From Stylophora pistillata (Eukaryota), in NCBI RefSeq assembly GCF_002571385.2, contig NW_019217898.1, positions 74,317 through 138,316 on the forward strand: a stretch of 64,000 nucleotides of DNA, given 5' to 3'. Positions 61,063 to 64,000 of this stretch are shown here, in pieces. The notes beneath the pieces were generated by a model, which had not been told where the DNA came from, ran no database searches, and was given only the letters and a program-made list of their open reading frames with translations. Within the stretch, counting starts at the first letter, position 1; each line of letters begins with the position of its first letter. The position numbers were made by a program, and so were the translations under genes.

Positions 61063-64000
61063 CTAGCTATCATGGTATATTAGCCAATATACCATAATCT
61101 ACAAATATGGTAAGCATACACATCAGCTTAAAATTAAAAGGGAGCTAAAAATGTAATGAAATTTAATAATTTAATTTTAATTAATGTTTCTAATAAAACA
61201 ATTATTCCACTTGCACTTGTTGGATATGAGATGATTAGAGCGAAGTCGGCATTACGCGCCCCATTGGCTATTTATCATCTCATATCCAATGTGCGCTCAC
61301 AAGTGGAATAATTGTTAAATATACCGTATCTCCTTTTGACATGTATTTAGCTAGGGAATGATGACAGTATGAATGTAAACTTTGCAACATTCATTCATTT
61401 GATATTCTACTTGTTTTAACTGGCTAATTGAGTCATGACCAGAATCTACATTAAAATTAGTTGAGACATAATATTTACAACATCTGATTAAAAAGAAGGA
61501 TATTTAGAATTTATTCCATTTTTGTCTTAACAGCTGGGATTACCTCAATCCAGTGTCTGTAAAGGTAAAGACTTAAAAAAGGTGGTTTAATCCACTTTAC
61601 AATAATACAATTTCTTTGATTTTTTTGGCATGTTAAGTAAAATTATGAAAAATATCTCACTCTGTAAGGAATTCTGTAAAAAATAACTCATCTGTAAGAC
61701 AGAGAAACAGTTTGTGTATACTTAAGGTAAACTGGAACACGAGGAATCCGTAACAGTGTTCGAAATTTGTCATCGCTTTCATTTCTCAATTATATCCAAG
61801 AAAAGATATTTATGTAGTAAATTAGGGTGTTGCAAATTGGTTGACTAACTTGATTTGACCAATACCGGTACCTGTTGTTCCAAGCTATAGAAAAAAACAT
61901 TAATTCTTTTTTGAAATCTTTGTAATACTAATTTTCTTTTCATGTCTTCTCTAGTACCATGCAACACAGTATTTGGTTCAACACATACAATGGTGAGCTA
62001 TCAGTAACTCTACGTTTGACATGGTTGTCTTGGTTTTTTCTTACAAATAGCAGATCTATTTCAAAGACGATCACTGAGTTTGAATACTCTGAAGGCCAGA
62101 TGGGGACCATGTACCATTGGCAAATGAAAGCTCCCTCTTACTGTAAAATGACCTCAAATTTCTTTTTTCTAAACTGGGCTAAACCTCACCCAGCTTTTGT
62201 ATTTTTTTTTTTTTTTTCTGCACACCCAATGCAATATTTGCTCTGTAATCACCTACAGTCTGGTGTCACTGATGAATAACAGGAAAATTTATGGGGTATG
62301 ATTAAAGAGCCTGATCTTGTTATAACTTAAACCATTTTTGTATGCCTCACAATGAAGAATTTCTTGAATTCCCACTTGACAGGACATTGCTGCCTTTGAG
62401 AGGCTCTTCAATGATGATGTATCATGTGGCAAGACACCACTGCTTCTTATTGCTTATGCAGGTCTGTAGATACTTTTCTCTAATGAATCACAACCTTTTT
62501 TAGGCCACTTGAATAAGTCTTATAGCCAATAACATCACAACAAATCAGTTTACACAAACCAGACAATTAAAACTTGACTGACCGCAACTCTTCACTTGAC
62601 TCTGAGGATGACTCCCGCCAGGTTGTGGGAAACAGTCCATCTCGGAACTACCCTCACCTAAAGGATTAGACTACACAATCAACCAAATACCTTTCTCTGA
62701 AAGCTGTTTCATGATGACCTCAGGTTCAAATAGATGCATTGTCATTTTCTCTTGCTTCTGATAATGCTTCTTCCCTCATCATTACTTTTAATTATGAAGT
62801 AAATATTTTGACGAAATAACATTATTCATTGATCTGATTTAAAAAAAATGTTTTTACTTTCTTGTTTTAAACAATTTTTATAGGAACCCCATTGGCTGGA
62901 CATACTGATAATCTCAGTAGATTAAGAGAACTTTGCACACAGAACGGTCTCTGGCTTCATCTAGAAGGGTATGGTTAATAATGTTCTTGTATTGCACTGG
63001 ACAGTGGACTAAGGACTAAGGACTACGGTTTTTTTACGGAGGAACTATTACTCATACTTTTTATTCCTTCTTGCTTGTGAACAGACAATTTAACAGAGGC
63101 ATTTGTACCTGTGGTGAGGGTTCTGAGTGTTTATACTCTCCCAGTAATTGATTCTATGATAACAGTTTTTTTTTTTGGTACATTTTTTTCAAGGGACACC
63201 TTGGCAACTTTGTGTCTTGAAACAGTTCCTGCTTCCTTGAAGGTATTAATTTTGTTATGGAATTTTGTAATGGCCTTCAATTATGTTCATTTAATTTATC
63301 GGGGTAATAAGTTATGCTTCTGTTACTTTGATCTCCAGAGTGCCCCTGCCTGTGACAGCATGAGCCTAAATATCAGCAAATGGTTTGCATTGCCCAGTGC
63401 ACCATATTGTGTATCCTCTGATGATAATTAGACAAGAAAACTAAATGTTCCATGAATTTTTCTCCTCATGTTTTTATAATATGTGGGCCTTTTCCTTTGA
63501 TATAGAAGATAACCTGATCCATGCTTTTGCAGAAATGAATTGACAGTAAAGATTTCCTAAAGCTGATGTGTCAAATGTTAGTCCATCCTCAGAGTGTTTG
63601 ATTGATTAATTGAGAACAATTATAGCAAGGCAGGAATTTTTTGGAATCTTCATGTAGCTACTCTGGGAAAAATTCAGAGAAAAGTTGTATCAAATCATCT
63701 GCATGACTTCTTTCATGACAGGTGGTAGGTGGCCTTTGAAAATGATTCAGGGGTTAAAGTTAATGAGTTCTGTAGCAATATTTGTACTAGATATTATAAG
63801 CTTTTATGTATTTCATGATTATTGTTCATCGAATTACTGTAAGTTACGTTTGTTCATTTACCTCAAATAACAAATGTTTGAGGATAATGCGACTTAACAT
63901 TTGAGGCCTTTAATGCCAGTAGTTAACAATAATGGTAATTTTATTTTAAAACTTTTCTTAATTTGGAGTAAGACATTCTACAGGGCCAAAGATCTTGTTT
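55769..64000 (+). CDS. PDXDC1: Pyridoxal-dependent decarboxylase domain-containing protein 1, 5' part (continues beyond the window)
   Basis: Exons about 55769-55873, 56119-56171, 56417-56470, 58342-58410, 59439-59588, 60027-60081, 60571-60640, 60882-60945, 61534-61564, 61955-61992, 62384-62461, 62884-62968, 63194-63242, 63339-63410, 63973->end. Peptides: VCRLAL, PPVVYISSSA..LGHYLCTQLGLP, VPCNTVFGSTHTMD, PLLLIAYAGTPLAGHTDNLSRLRELC..WLHLEG..LATL, CDSMSL. Small N-terminal exons may be missed. Confidence 0.9.
59030..59342. repeat. CpG-decayed reverse-orientation copy of the 50088-50405 repeat
   Basis: Colinear with the reverse complement of 50088-50405; many differences are CG>TG/CA. Confidence 0.85.
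63411..63972 (+). other. U12-type (minor spliceosome) GT-AG intron in PDXDC1
   Basis: 5' site GTATCCTC; branch-like TTTTCTTAAT at 63953-63962; AG 10 nt later with no polypyrimidine tract; in-frame join SAPYC|TFYRAKD. Confidence 0.7.

Overview
AT-rich, intron-containing animal genomic DNA. The repeat families and gene content suggest a cnidarian, probably a stony coral (inference). The ORF track mostly shows exon fragments, so genes were rebuilt by hand from GT-AG exons. Six genes are supported: ADAP1-like ArfGAP with two PH domains (-), NAT9 (-) head-to-head with TMEM104 (+), a FA58C-CUB-SUEL lectin-mucin single-pass receptor (-), a WD40-SOCS box protein (+), and PDXDC1 (+, runs off the window). 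Introns and intergenic DNA carry many non-autonomous DNA transposons and palindromes, tRNA-derived repeats and Penelope-type hammerhead motifs. Main finding: a second, divergent exon1+exon2 cassette upstream of ADAP1, absent from the ORF track. It keeps exon 2 length, splice phases and all four zinc cysteines but has lost the ArfGAP catalytic Trp/Arg/Asp, and it can splice in frame onto shared exon 3, suggesting a promoter-switched active versus GAP-dead isoform pair. Other notable points: an in-frame TGA just before the receptor's TM helix; a PDXDC1 that appears to keep the PLP Schiff-base lysine; a U12-type intron; a NAT9-TMEM104 divergent pair as in human; foldback elements with 7-bp TSDs; and a flipped hairpin loop between two copies of one repeat. 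Comparisons to human proteins are from memory and need alignment.
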